Notes: generated by a model not told the origin, from the letters alone. A stretch of 64,000 nt of DNA from Candidatus Methylomirabilota bacterium (GCA_036005065.1 DASYQW010000062.1:569-64568); one strand, 5' to 3'; shown: positions 53,100-63,238, counted from the stretch's first letter. A program made the numbers and translations.

Positions 53100-54326
53100 A
53101 TGAACGCGGTCACGTCGCGGAACATCAAGTTCATCAGCCACTCGGACCAGGGCGGTCGGGGCGACGGCGTCCAGATCATGGTCCACCGCGGCTATGCCTA
53201 CATCGGCCACACGTTCAGCAACGGCATCACCGTGCTGGACGTGCGCGATCCCAGGCGCCCGAGGGCGGTCGAGTTCATCCCCTGCCCGCCGAACACCCGG
53301 GCCATTCACCTGCAGACCCACGACGACCTGCTGCTGGCCACCAACCTGCCGAGCGTGTGGACCATGCAGGTCCTGAGCGAGAAGGAGTACTTCGCCGGGT
53401 CGCCCGCCGACACGCTCCGGGAGCGGGGCGCCGACTTCACGGCCGGGCTGCGCGTGTTCGACATCTCGCGGCCCGAGAAGCCCCGCGAGATCGCCTTCAT
53501 GCCGATCGACGGGATGGGCCCGCACCGGATCTGGTGGGTCGGTGGCCGCTACGCCTACCTCTCCGCGCACTTCGCCGAGTTCACCGACCACGTCCTCGCC
53601 ATCGTCGACGTGTCGGAGCCGACCCGCCCCTCGGTCGTCGGCCGGTGGTGGCTCCCCGGCATGTGGCGGGCCGGGGGCGAGACACCGACCTGGCGCCCGG
53701 GCCGCCGGTACGCGCTTCACCACGCCCTGGTGGCCGGTCCGCTCGCCTACGGCGCCTGGCGCGACGGCGGCCTCACCGTCCTCGACGTCGGCGACCCGAC
53801 CCGGCCGACGCTCCTCGCCCACCGGAACTGGGACCCGCCCTTCGGCGGGGCGACGCATTCACCGCTGCCGCTGCCCGATCGGAACCTGCTGGTGGTCGCC
53901 GACGAGGCCAACTTCGCCGACTGCAGCCAGGGTCTGCGGTACACCTGGGTCTTCGACGTGCGGGAGCCGGGCAATCCGGTGAGCATCGCGACCTTCCCCA
54001 TGCCCTCGGAGGCCGACTACTGCGCCAAGGGAGGGAACTTCGGCCCCCACAATCTGCACGAGAATCGGCCGGGGGCGTTCCAGAGCTCCCGCTTCGTCTT
54101 CGAGACCTTCTACAACGCCGGCGTGCGGGTCTTCGACCTCGACAATCCGTTCCAGCCGCGCGAGGTGGGGTACTACGTGCCGCCCGATCCCGAGCGCATG
54201 ATGGACCCGCGCCCCAACCGGCCCCGCGTGATCCAGTCCTGCGACTGCTACGTCGACCCGAACGGCGTCATGTACCTGACCGACACCAACGCCGGCCTCC
54301 ACATCCTCCAGTTCGAGGGCCCCTGA
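53100..54326 (+). CDS. LVIVD-repeat beta-propeller protein
   Basis: Repeated ITVLDVRDP, LRVFDISRP, LAIVDVSEP, LTVLDVGDP, VFDVREP, VRVFDLDNP. Confidence 0.88.
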   Translation: MNAVTSRNIKFISHSDQGGRGDGVQIMVHRGYAYIGHTFSNGITVLDVRDPRRPRAVEFIPCPPNTRAIHLQTHDDLLLATNLPSVWTMQVLSEKEYFAGSPADTLRERGADFTAGLRVFDISRPEKPREIAFMPIDGMGPHRIWWVGGRYAYLSAHFAEFTDHVLAIVDVSEPTRPSVVGRWWLPGMWRAGGETPTWRPGRRYALHHALVAGPLAYGAWRDGGLTVLDVGDPTRPTLLAHRNWDPPFGGATHSPLPLPDRNLLVVADEANFADCSQGLRYTWVFDVREPGNPVSIATFPMPSEADYCAKGGNFGPHNLHENRPGAFQSSRFVFETFYNAGVRVFDLDNPFQPREVGYYVPPDPERMMDPRPNRPRVIQSCDCYVDPNGVMYLTDTNAGLHILQFEGP

Positions 54327-54368
54327 ACGGCGCCCGGCGCTGCTCGGGTCCGGCGCGGGAGCCGCGGC

Positions 54369-55313
54369 TCACACGCGCGCGAAGAGCTCCTCGACGGTGA
54401 GGCGTCGGCGCGTCAGGCCCTGCTCCCAGGCATAGCGCGTCAGCCGATCGAGGGAGGGCCGGCTGTCGGCGACGGTGTACGGCCAGGGATCGCGGCCGAG
54501 CACCGCCCGCTCCTCTTCTCGCTCCAGGCTGCCGAACGCCTGACCCAGCCGGGCCGGCTGGGCCGCGTACCGGAAGTACCACTGCTTGGACTCCTCGAAG
54601 AGGTCACGGACGAGGGCGGCCAGTCGCGGGAACTCTTCGAGCAGGGCGTCCCGGATGACGACGGTGTGGAGGATCGGAAAGTCTCCCGTCCGCCGGAAAT
54701 AGTCGATCGCCACGCGTTTGGGATCGGGAAAGAGCCGGCGGATGTGGGCGGCGCCCTCGAGGAACGCGTCCGGGACGATGGGAAGCGCCAGGACGTCCAC
54801 CTCCTTCTCCAGGATCAGCTGGTCGGGACCCTTGCCGGCCGGGGCCGACCGCAGCCGGACCGCGGGAGGTGGCACGAAGGGCAGGGCTTCGTCCCGCAGC
54901 CGGATCCACTCGATGGCCTCCGGTGGGAGGCTGAACTCATGTTGAAGGTACCCGCGTAACCACAGGGCCACGCTGTTCTGGTAACGACTGATCAGCACCC
55001 GCTTGCCCGACAGGTCCCGGGGCTCGGTGATACGATCATCGGTCCGGCAGAAGAGTAGCTGCTGGACGAACATCCGGCGCGGAAAGACCGGAATCGCCGT
55101 GAACCGGCAGTCCCCCGCGTCGCGGAGGCCCAGGTACTGAGAGATGGAGTATTCGGCCACGTCGAACTCGTGGCGGAGCATCCGCTCGTGGCGCTCTTCG
55201 GTCGGGACGACGACGACCCGGATCGCGCAGTCCGGCCGGGTAACGCGCCCGGAGACGAGCGCCCGGGTGAGGTCCGTCTCCTCGAGGGCGAGCGTCAGGC
55301 CACGCGCGCTCAC
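54369..55313 (-). CDS. 4,5-dihydroxyphthalate decarboxylase-like protein (periplasmic-binding-protein fold)
   Basis: EFDVAEYS, FTAIPVFPRRMF, DLSGKRV, ALWLRGYL, FPILHTVVI, PWPY. Confidence 0.8.
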   Translation of the reverse strand: MSARGLTLALEETDLTRALVSGRVTRPDCAIRVVVVPTEERHERMLRHEFDVAEYSISQYLGLRDAGDCRFTAIPVFPRRMFVQQLLFCRTDDRITEPRDLSGKRVLISRYQNSVALWLRGYLQHEFSLPPEAIEWIRLRDEALPFVPPPAVRLRSAPAGKGPDQLILEKEVDVLALPIVPDAFLEGAAHIRRLFPDPKRVAIDYFRRTGDFPILHTVVIRDALLEEFPRLAALVRDLFEESKQWYFRYAAQPARLGQAFGSLEREEERAVLGRDPWPYTVADSRPSLDRLTRYAWEQGLTRRRLTVEELFARV

Positions 55314-55326
55314 CGCGGCCCTCCGT

Positions 55327-55773
55327 CTACCTGGGGAGCGCTCCCATCTGGCGCAGCACGGTCGCCAGGTCGAAGTAGATGTACTCTCCGCGGAGTTTGT
55401 CGCCCCTGAATTCCCAGATGACGGCCGTCCGCACCCGGACCCGCTTGCCGGTCGGCTCTCTCCCCATGAAGGGGCCGAGGTGCGTGCCGGTCCACTCGTT
55501 CTCGGTCACCGCGTACTTCGGCCCCATGGCGATGATGCGCCGGATCCGGACCTTGAAATCGGGGAAGCCCGTCCACTGCTCGCGATAGCGCCGCTCCACG
55601 GCCTTGGGACCGATGTAAGGCCGGGGCGCGCACATGACGATCGTGGAGCAATCCTTGGTCATGCCGGCCAGCAGGCCATCGATGTCCTGCGTGCTCTCCT
55701 GCCGGATGTGATCGCGGATCGTCTTCAGACGATGCGCGGCCGGATTCGCGCGGGTCGCGGCGCGTCGGGCCAT
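55327..55773 (-). CDS. SnoaL-like ester cyclase (NTF2 fold)
   Basis: FPDF, WTGTHLGPFMG..PTGKRV, YFDLATVLRQMG. Confidence 0.88.
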   Translation of the reverse strand: MARRAATRANPAAHRLKTIRDHIRQESTQDIDGLLAGMTKDCSTIVMCAPRPYIGPKAVERRYREQWTGFPDFKVRIRRIIAMGPKYAVTENEWTGTHLGPFMGREPTGKRVRVRTAVIWEFRGDKLRGEYIYFDLATVLRQMGALPR

Positions 55774-55794
55774 CGCTCCTCCTTGTGCGGAGTT

Positions 55795-56814
55795 TCATTT
55801 CGGGGCTTTGCTCGTGAGCAGGTGGGTGTCGGCCATCAGACGGGCATACTCCCGGAGCTCGGGAGTCCCAACCCCGGTGGTCAGCGTCGCGGTCACCCGT
55901 TCTCGGAGCAGATAGAGGGGAATCCCCGGCAGCAGCGACTCGAGCGCCGCGGCGAGGGGCATCCAGTTCTCGTAGATCTCGTAGCCGTGCGAGTTTCCGT
56001 TGAGGACGTTCAGTCCCAGCGTTTTGGCCTTCCGGACCAGCGGGTGGTCGCGCCGGAGCCGGCCCTTGGCCGCGATCAGGGTGTCGATGTCCGGGTGGCT
56101 TCGCAGAATCTGCTCGAGGAGCGCGGGATTGAAGCCCGAGTGGGGCGCGAACTGGACCACCCGGGACACCGGCGAGTCCTTCGATCCTAAAAGGATCTCG
56201 ACCTTGGTTCTCACGAGCGTCTCTTCGAGCTGGTGGTCGTTGCGGACGCGACGCTCCGCGAGCAGCATCTCGTCCTCTTCCCGCACGTTCATCAGCCGCT
56301 CGACCCGGCCGCACATGTCGCCAAGCGTGTGGATGCCGGGCAGCACCTCCCCGACGTAGACGTTGACGCCCGGGTTGCCCAGGTAGCTGGTGTAGATCGT
56401 CTTGGCGACGAAGCCGTGGAGGTAGGACACGCCAGGGTGAGTCCCGTGGAAGGCCTCGTGGAACTCGAAGAGGGAGATGCCATAGAGATCGAGATAGTCG
56501 CGCAGGAGCACGCCGCCGGAGCTGGCCGCATCGGCGACCGGATGATGGACGATCAGGACGTCGATCTCGAGCGCGCCGGCGAGCTCGATGAAGTTCTCCG
56601 TCAGGGACATGACCAGGCCGACCTTGCCGACGGCGTCATCGAGTCGGCCCACCACCAGGCCGGGCAGCTCGGTCACCGCCTTGCCCGGGATGTGCGAGGT
56701 CTTCGTCACGACGCAGGCATTGTTGCTGAACAGGAGATCAGCGGCCTCGACGACGACCCGACCACGAGAGATCCGGTGCAGCGCGTGCAGCACGTCGCGT
56801 ACCGTGTGCGTCAT
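55795..56814 (-). CDS. NIF3/YqfO-like dinuclear metal protein, divergent
   Basis: VGKVGLVMSLTE...DVLIVHHP matches the NIF3 N-terminal pattern; further His/Glu clusters at HEAFH and NSHGYE. Confidence 0.65.
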   Translation of the reverse strand: MTHTVRDVLHALHRISRGRVVVEAADLLFSNNACVVTKTSHIPGKAVTELPGLVVGRLDDAVGKVGLVMSLTENFIELAGALEIDVLIVHHPVADAASSGGVLLRDYLDLYGISLFEFHEAFHGTHPGVSYLHGFVAKTIYTSYLGNPGVNVYVGEVLPGIHTLGDMCGRVERLMNVREEDEMLLAERRVRNDHQLEETLVRTKVEILLGSKDSPVSRVVQFAPHSGFNPALLEQILRSHPDIDTLIAAKGRLRRDHPLVRKAKTLGLNVLNGNSHGYEIYENWMPLAAALESLLPGIPLYLLRERVTATLTTGVGTPELREYARLMADTHLLTSKAPK

Positions 56815-56836
56815 CGCTTGGTTCCTTTCGGCGGAG

Positions 56837-57625
56837 TCAGGCCTGGGCATGCGCCTCCCGCTCCTCCGGCGTGTACCAGGGCAGGAACAGGCGCTCCACG
56901 AGCTCCACGCACGCGAAGAGCCCCATGCCCATGAACGCCAGGAGACCGATACACACGAAGGCCACGTCTGTCTTGAGCTGGGAGGCAGCGATGAGGATCA
57001 TGTAGCCCAGGCCCCGGTCCGCCCCCACGAACTCGCCGATCACCGCCCCGACCACCGACAGCGTGATGGACATCTTGAACGCACTGAAGGCATACGGGAT
57101 GGCATTGGGGAAGCGCACCTGCCAGACAGTCTGCCCCTTGGTGGCGCACAGTGACGCCGTGAGGTCGAGCAGGTCGGGCTCGACCTGGCGCATGCCGGTC
57201 AGCGTGTTGATGACGATCGGGAAGAAAGAGATCAGGAAGACGATGATGACCTTCGGCAACTCGCCGGCCCCGAACCAGACCAGGAGCAACGGGGCGATGG
57301 CCGAGCGGGGGACCGACTGGACCGCGGCCAGGATCGGGTACAGGGCGCTGTGCAGGATCCGCGAGTAGATCATGCCCACCGCGAGCGGGACGCCGACGGC
57401 GACCGCGAGCGCGAACCCGGCCACCGTCTCGTAGAGCGTGACGACGAAGTGCCAGCCGAGGGTCGCCTTCCAGGCCCAGAATGCCTTCAGGATGCTCACC
57501 GGCGACGGGAGCAGCCACTTCGGCACGTCGAGCGCGACGGCGATGAGCTGCCATGCCCCGAGGAGCAGCGCGACCGCGGCCGCCGGAAGCGCGACGTCCC
57601 AGACGAGGTCCCGGCTACCGCCCAC
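56837..57625 (-). CDS. NitT/TauT-family ABC permease
   Basis: VPRSAIAPLLLVWFG, IGEFVGADRGLG. Confidence 0.92.
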   Translation of the reverse strand: MGGSRDLVWDVALPAAAVALLLGAWQLIAVALDVPKWLLPSPVSILKAFWAWKATLGWHFVVTLYETVAGFALAVAVGVPLAVGMIYSRILHSALYPILAAVQSVPRSAIAPLLLVWFGAGELPKVIIVFLISFFPIVINTLTGMRQVEPDLLDLTASLCATKGQTVWQVRFPNAIPYAFSAFKMSITLSVVGAVIGEFVGADRGLGYMILIAASQLKTDVAFVCIGLLAFMGMGLFACVELVERLFLPWYTPEEREAHAQA

Positions 57626-58421
57626 GCGTGGCCACCGTCTCTGCCGTCGCCCGACCGAAGATCAACCTCCGGATGCGAGCCACGTACCCCTGGAACGCCT
57701 CGGTCTCCGTCACCGCAAGACCCCTCGGGCGAGGTAGATCGACGTCGAGGACGTCGACCACGCGTCCCGGCCGGGCCGACATCACCACCACTCGGTCGGC
57801 GAGGAGCACGGCCTCGCTGATGCTGTGGGTGACGAACAGGACGGTCTTCCGGGCACCCTGCCAGATCCGGAGCAATTCGATGCTCAGCTCCTCCCGGGTC
57901 ATGGCGTCGAGCGCTCCGAACGGCTCGTCCATCAGCAGGACCTTCGGATCGAACACCAGGGCGCGGCAGATGGCGACGCGTTGCTGCATGCCGCCCGACA
58001 GCTCCCTCGGGTACCGGTCGGCGAAGTCTGCCAGGCCGGTGATCTCGAGGAGCTCGCGGGCCCTCTGCTCGTACCGTGGCTGGTCGAGGCGCATGATCCG
58101 GAGGGGGAACATCACATTTCCCAGCACGGTCTTCCACTTCAGCAGCACGGCGCTCTGGAACACCATGCCGACCCCGCGCCGCGGTCCGGTCACGGGCTCG
58201 CCGTCCAGGCGGATCTCGCCCCGGCTCGGAAACACCAGACCCGCCACGAGCTTCAGCAGCGTCGACTTGCCGCAGCCGCTCGGTCCCACGATCGTGACGA
58301 ACTCGCCGTCCCCGACGTCGAGCGAGACCTCGTCGATCGCCAACAGCTGGGCGCCGCCTCGCAGCTTGTACGCCTTCGCCACGCGCTCCAGGGCGATCAG
58401 GGATGGCTTCGCGCCCGCCAT
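57615..58421 (-). CDS. NitT/TauT-family ABC ATPase
   Basis: GPSGCGKS, LSGGMQQR, LMDEPFGALD, VTHS. Confidence 0.93.
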   Translation of the reverse strand: MAGAKPSLIALERVAKAYKLRGGAQLLAIDEVSLDVGDGEFVTIVGPSGCGKSTLLKLVAGLVFPSRGEIRLDGEPVTGPRRGVGMVFQSAVLLKWKTVLGNVMFPLRIMRLDQPRYEQRARELLEITGLADFADRYPRELSGGMQQRVAICRALVFDPKVLLMDEPFGALDAMTREELSIELLRIWQGARKTVLFVTHSISEAVLLADRVVVMSARPGRVVDVLDVDLPRPRGLAVTETEAFQGYVARIRRLIFGRATAETVATRGR

Positions 58422-58455
58422 CGCGCTTCCCGTCGGTCCGTCGGCTCGGGTCTGC

Positions 58456-59454
58456 TTACTTGAGGAAGGCGTTCGTATACAGGTCCTCGGCCGTGATCTT
58501 CGCCTTCACCTCGTAGACGTCGACGATGACGTCACGAGTCTTCTCCACCTTGTCGGGAGCCATGAAACCTAACCCGTTCTTCCGCGCCTCGTCGGTCATG
58601 GCCAGCTTCTGGACCTCGAGTAGCTGCTGCTTGACCGATTCGACGTCGAGCTCCTTGCGGTGCTTGACCAGAATCGCGGCGCCCTCGTCGGGGTTCTTCA
58701 GCGCGGCATCCAGCCCCTTCAACGAGGCCTGGACGAAGTTGCGAACCAGCGCGGGATTGTCCCGGATCGTCTCCTCCCGCGCGAGGATCCCGTTGCTGTA
58801 CATCACGAGGCCGAAGTCGGCATATGTCAAGGACGAAACGGCGAAGCCGGCTTCGGTCGCCCGCTTTTCGATGTCCGGCTTGTTCACGATGAACGTGGCC
58901 AGGCCGTCGACGCGCTTCGCGAAGAAGAGATTCCACAGCATCGTGGAATCGCCCGTGCTCCACTTGACCTTGCTGGCGTCGACCCCGGCCAGCTTCGCGA
59001 AGGCCGGGAACACGGCGCGGGTCGCGCTGCCGGCCGGCGCGCCCAGGGTCTTCCCTTCGAGCTGGCGCGGCTCTCGGATCCCGCTGTCCTGCCGGGTGAT
59101 GACGGTGTACGGCGCCTTGCCGTAGTAGACGGCCACCATCTTCACCTTGATGCCTTCGGCGCGCGCCAGCACGAGGGCGCCCAGGTCGCCGAAGGAGAAG
59201 GTGACCGTCCCCGCCGCGACGCGCTTGACGGCGTCGGCGGCGCCGTAGCCACGCTGAATCTCGACGTCGAGACCGTGCTCTTTGTAGTACCCCTTGTCCA
59301 GCGCCACGAAGAACGGGATGTGCTGTCCGAGGATCTGCCAGTCGGCGCCGAAGATCACCCTCTCCGGGGCCTGGGCGGGACTGCTCGTCGCGCCCCCGGC
59401 CGCCAGGAGCCCGAGGAGCGCACCCACCACCAGGTACATCGCTCGTGGCTTCAT
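58456..59454 (-). CDS. NMT1/THI5-like ABC substrate-binding protein
   Basis: Signal peptide, HIPFFVALDKGYYKEHGLDV, QLEGKTLG, YSNGILA. Confidence 0.88.
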   Translation of the reverse strand: MKPRAMYLVVGALLGLLAAGGATSSPAQAPERVIFGADWQILGQHIPFFVALDKGYYKEHGLDVEIQRGYGAADAVKRVAAGTVTFSFGDLGALVLARAEGIKVKMVAVYYGKAPYTVITRQDSGIREPRQLEGKTLGAPAGSATRAVFPAFAKLAGVDASKVKWSTGDSTMLWNLFFAKRVDGLATFIVNKPDIEKRATEAGFAVSSLTYADFGLVMYSNGILAREETIRDNPALVRNFVQASLKGLDAALKNPDEGAAILVKHRKELDVESVKQQLLEVQKLAMTDEARKNGLGFMAPDKVEKTRDVIVDVYEVKAKITAEDLYTNAFLK

Positions 59455-59506
59455 CGTCCTTCTCCTCCCACCGACCGGCTCGGCGTTCGGGTGCCGAGCG
59501 CAACCA

Positions 59507-60913
59507 CTAGTACTTCGCCATCGGGATGAACTTCGCATAGCCCGGAGCGTCGTTGAGCTTCCCGTCTCGCAGCACGACCCGTCCCCGCACCATCGTGAAC
59601 GTGCACAGGCCGCGGACCCGGTGGCCATAGAACACGGACCATTCCGGGCTCCGGCTGTGATAGAAGTTCTCGTCGATCACGGCTTCCTTGTTGGGGTCGA
59701 CGATGATGACGTCGGCGTCGGACCCGGGCAGGAGGGCGCCCTTTCGCGGGTAGATCCCGAAGATGCGGGCCGAGTTCTCGGAACAGATCTTCGCGAGCTC
59801 CTCGACCGTGATGCGTCCCCGGTGGACGCCGTACGTCCACATCAGCGGGAGCAGATGCTCCATGCCGTTGTTGAAGCCCGGCATCGCGGTCCAGAGATTG
59901 TCCTTCCCCGCGCCCTGTTCCTTGCTTGCCCGGCTGTAGGGGCAATGATCCGACCCGATGTTCCGGACGATGCCCCGCCGGATGCCGGTCCAGAGGGCTT
60001 CCTGATCGGCCTGGGTGCGGAGCGGCGGGACGACCTTGCCCCACCCTTCGAGCTCCGCCATGTCCTTGTGCAGGATCAGATAGTGCGGGCAGGTCTCGGC
60101 GATGATGTTCACGCCCCGATCGAGGAACCGCTCGACCGTGTCCACTCCCCGGCCGATCGTCAGATGGGGGATGTAGAACCGGGCACCGGTCGCCTCCGCG
60201 ATCAGCGCCGCCGCCTCGATCTGCATGAGCTCCGTGAAGGCGGGGCGCGCCTCGGTCCACGCCGCCAGGTCCTTTCGCCCGGCCTTCTGCAGCCGTTCTT
60301 TGAGGACGTCGATGATGTCCATCTCCTCGGGATGGACGAGTCCGACGGCCGGAAACCCGAGGCGCGCGATGTTCTCGAAAGACTGGAAGAGAATCCCGGC
60401 GTTCACCGGCTGCAGCCCCTTCTGGATTCCCTCTTGCCCTTTGTAGGCGATGAAGAAATGCTTGAAGGCGGCCACACCCTGCTCGCAGAGCCACGCCTGC
60501 TCTTCCAGATGGACCGGGGCGAAGACGGCAGCGTTGAGGATGAAGTCGCAGAGCGCGTTCTCCTCGCCCCACTTGGCGACCCGAAAGAACAGCTCTTGGC
60601 AGCTCTGGAGCGACGCGATGCGCGTGAGGAAGCAGGTAACCCCCCCATGGACCGCGCCCCGGGTCTCAGTGTAGAAATCGGTCGCGTATCGCTCGATCGG
60701 CGTCCCGGGCTGGTCGGAGCACAGGTGCACGTGGGGGTCGATCACGCCGGGCAGGACGTAGTTCCCGCCGGCATCGTGCACCTCCCGGGCCCTGGGCAGC
60801 TCGTGGTCGGACGCCACCGCCACGATCTTCTGGCCGGTGACGGCCAGGCCACCCGTGATGGTGCCGTGTGGCGTGACGACTTTCCCGTTCTTGATGACGA
60901 AATCCGCTTCCAT
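59507..60913 (-). CDS. Cyclic amidohydrolase (dihydropyrimidinase/allantoinase/dihydroorotase family)
   Basis: PGVIDPHVH, FKHF (carbamylated Lys), VHPE, PHLT, AETCPHYL, GSDHCP. Confidence 0.9.
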   Translation of the reverse strand: MEADFVIKNGKVVTPHGTITGGLAVTGQKIVAVASDHELPRAREVHDAGGNYVLPGVIDPHVHLCSDQPGTPIERYATDFYTETRGAVHGGVTCFLTRIASLQSCQELFFRVAKWGEENALCDFILNAAVFAPVHLEEQAWLCEQGVAAFKHFFIAYKGQEGIQKGLQPVNAGILFQSFENIARLGFPAVGLVHPEEMDIIDVLKERLQKAGRKDLAAWTEARPAFTELMQIEAAALIAEATGARFYIPHLTIGRGVDTVERFLDRGVNIIAETCPHYLILHKDMAELEGWGKVVPPLRTQADQEALWTGIRRGIVRNIGSDHCPYSRASKEQGAGKDNLWTAMPGFNNGMEHLLPLMWTYGVHRGRITVEELAKICSENSARIFGIYPRKGALLPGSDADVIIVDPNKEAVIDENFYHSRSPEWSVFYGHRVRGLCTFTMVRGRVVLRDGKLNDAPGYAKFIPMAKY

Positions 60914-60927
60914 CGAGGACCTCCGTG

Positions 60928-61578
60928 TCAGAGCATCGAGCGAACGAGGTTCTCTTTCACGTCTCGGATGTGCTGTTCTACGGCTCGCCGGGCCCCGACG
61001 GGGTCGCGCCGTTCGAGCGCGCGCAGGATTCGCAGGTGATCGCGGAGAGATTGGCGAGCCTGTTCAGGCAGCCGGGAGGCAAGCCGGGAGTAGCGGGCGA
61101 TCTGGGCTCGTATCGTGTCGACGATGCTGGCCAGCCGGCGGTTGCCACACGCCTCGATCGTCAGATCGTGCAGGCGCGCGCCGAGCTCGAAGAGCCGCTC
61201 ATCGTCCTTGGCCCGGGCCGCCTGACGGAACTGCCGGCGCAGCTCGACCAGGACGTGTCGCGGAATGCAGCCGGCCGCCGTCTCGGCCGCCAGGCCCTCC
61301 AGCGCGGACCGGATCCCGAACACTTCCTTGAGGTCCTGCACGGAGACGCTCGACACGCGGATCCCGCGCCGGGGGGAGATCTCGACAAATCCTTCCTGTC
61401 CGAGGCGGATCAGGGCTTCGCGCACCGGAGTCTTGCTGACCTCGAGGCGTCGGGCCAGCTCCCGCTCGGTGAGCAAGGATCCCGAGCGGAAGTCGCTGAT
61501 GAGGATCCACTCCCGGAGTGCGCGATACACGCGATCGGTCAGCGAACCCGGTTCGGCGCGAGACGGCTGGTCGAACAT
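60928..61578 (-). CDS. GntR family (FCD-type) transcriptional regulator
   Basis: LEVSKTPVREALIRL HTH; FCD domain with LHDL, DHLRI, HIRD. Confidence 0.92.
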   Translation of the reverse strand: MFDQPSRAEPGSLTDRVYRALREWILISDFRSGSLLTERELARRLEVSKTPVREALIRLGQEGFVEISPRRGIRVSSVSVQDLKEVFGIRSALEGLAAETAAGCIPRHVLVELRRQFRQAARAKDDERLFELGARLHDLTIEACGNRRLASIVDTIRAQIARYSRLASRLPEQARQSLRDHLRILRALERRDPVGARRAVEQHIRDVKENLVRSML

Positions 61579-61588
61579 GAGTATGTCA

Positions 61589-61617
61589 CTGATATATCAG
61601 GGCTGGCCTCGCGTCAA
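61589..61617 (-). promoter_or_regulatory. Candidate GntR operator and promoter
   Basis: Perfect 12-bp palindrome CTGATATATCAG (61589-61600), 10 nt upstream of the ATG. TTGACG is at 61617-61612; the -10 is ambiguous. Confidence 0.6.
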
Positions 61618-61654
61618 GCGAGATCTTCCGGGAACCGCGGCCACGCGGCCCGGG

Positions 61655-63238
61655 CTATTCCCGACCCCGGAGGGCGCGGCCGGGGCGGGCGGGAGTGCGG
61701 CTGCCGTCGAGAAGCACGGGCTCGCCGTTGACCAGGACGTGGGTGACGCCGGCGGCCGGCTGGCGGCCGTCCTCGTAGGTGGCGCGGTCGGCGATTCGCT
61801 CGGCGTCGAAGACGACGAGGTCGGCGGCCATCCCCGGGCGAATCACCCCGCGGTCGACGAGGCCGAGGCGCCGGGCGGGCAGGCCAGCCAGGTGCTGGAC
61901 GGCCTCCTCGAGGGTCCAGGCCCGCGCCTCCCGGACGTAGTGGCCGAGATAGCGCGCGAAGCAGCCCCAGCCGCGGGGATGGGGCCGGCCGCCGGTGAAG
62001 ATGCCGTCGCTCCCGCCCGTCATCGCCGGATGGCGCATGAGCGCCCGGACGTCGGCCTCGCTCCGCTGCTGGTGAGGCACGACGCAGCCGACCGCGAGGT
62101 CCGAGGCGACGAGCACCTCGCACACGAACTCCAGCAGCCCGGCGGGATCCCGGCGACCGGTGGCCCTGTCGGCGGCCTCGGCGACCGTCAGCCCCTCGCA
62201 CCACCGGTAGGCCGGCGCCTCGACGTAGCTCAGCCGCACCTGGTCGATGGGGCCGCGCGGGCCGGCAAACCCCGGCTCGCGCAGTCGCGCGCGCACGGCC
62301 GGGTCGGCGAGGCGCGCCAGCGTCGGGTCGGGGCCGCCTTCCTGGACCCACGGCGGCAGCGCGACCATGCCGAGGATCGTCGAGCCGGCGAGGTAGCCGT
62401 AGAGGTCGAAGGTGACGTCGAGCCCCTCGGCCCGGGCGGCGTCGAGCCGCGGCAGGACGAGCTCGGCCTGGCTGTTGAAGTGGGAGACGTGGACGGCGAT
62501 GCCGGCCTCGCGTCCGATCCGGAACACCTCGTCGAGCGCGCCCGTCACCGTGTCCGGTGCGTAGCCCCGCATGTGGGTGACGTACACGCCGCCGAAGGGG
62601 GCGAGCTCGCGGCAGAGCTCGACGAGCTCCTCGGTGCTCGCATAGCGGCTCGGGATGTAGTCGAGCCCGCTGGAGACGCCGACCGCGCCGTCTTCCATCG
62701 CCTGCCGGAGGATCCCCCGCATCCTCCGGAGCTCGTCCGGCGCCGGCGGGCGCGGGTCGAGCCCGAGCACGTCCATCCGGATGTTCCCGTTCGGGGCCAG
62801 GCCCGCGACGTTGACGGCCACCCGCCGATCGAAGCACCCGAGATACTCGGCCATGGTCCCCCAGCGCTCGGCCACCTCGAACCGCCCGCTGAATCCCGCC
62901 GTGTAGCGGCGCATGTAGGCGAGCGTGGCCGGCGCGGCCGGGGCCATGGCCACCCCGTCCTGCCCCAGGAGATACGTGGTGACGCCCTGGCGGATGGCGG
63001 GCTCGTGGAGGGGATCGGCCAGCAGCGCGAGGTCCGCGTGGACGTGCATGTCCACGAAGCCGGGCGCGACGATCGACCCGGCGACGTCGAGGCGGCGGCC
63101 GGCCTCGGCCCGGCCGAGCGCGCCGACGGCCGCGATCCGGTCGCCACGGATCCCGACGTCCGCGCGGAACCACGGGGTACCGGTGCCGTCGACGACGCGG
63201 CCGCCGCTCAGGACGAGGTCGAACATGGCGACGCTCAC
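61655..63238 (-). CDS. N-acyl-D-amino-acid deacylase family amidohydrolase (second paralogue)
   Basis: PGFVDMHVHAD, VTHMRG, VSHFN, GSDG, AADLVVFD. Confidence 0.88.
   Translation of the reverse strand: MSVAMFDLVLSGGRVVDGTGTPWFRADVGIRGDRIAAVGALGRAEAGRRLDVAGSIVAPGFVDMHVHADLALLADPLHEPAIRQGVTTYLLGQDGVAMAPAAPATLAYMRRYTAGFSGRFEVAERWGTMAEYLGCFDRRVAVNVAGLAPNGNIRMDVLGLDPRPPAPDELRRMRGILRQAMEDGAVGVSSGLDYIPSRYASTEELVELCRELAPFGGVYVTHMRGYAPDTVTGALDEVFRIGREAGIAVHVSHFNSQAELVLPRLDAARAEGLDVTFDLYGYLAGSTILGMVALPPWVQEGGPDPTLARLADPAVRARLREPGFAGPRGPIDQVRLSYVEAPAYRWCEGLTVAEAADRATGRRDPAGLLEFVCEVLVASDLAVGCVVPHQQRSEADVRALMRHPAMTGGSDGIFTGGRPHPRGWGCFARYLGHYVREARAWTLEEAVQHLAGLPARRLGLVDRGVIRPGMAADLVVFDAERIADRATYEDGRQPAAGVTHVLVNGEPVLLDGSRTPARPGRALRGRE

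Noticed and set aside
19600-63238. The two D-aminoacylase genes as a recent duplication
   Set aside because: The shared motifs are family-level and the proteins differ throughout (e.g. GNCG versus GQDG), consistent with old paralogues.
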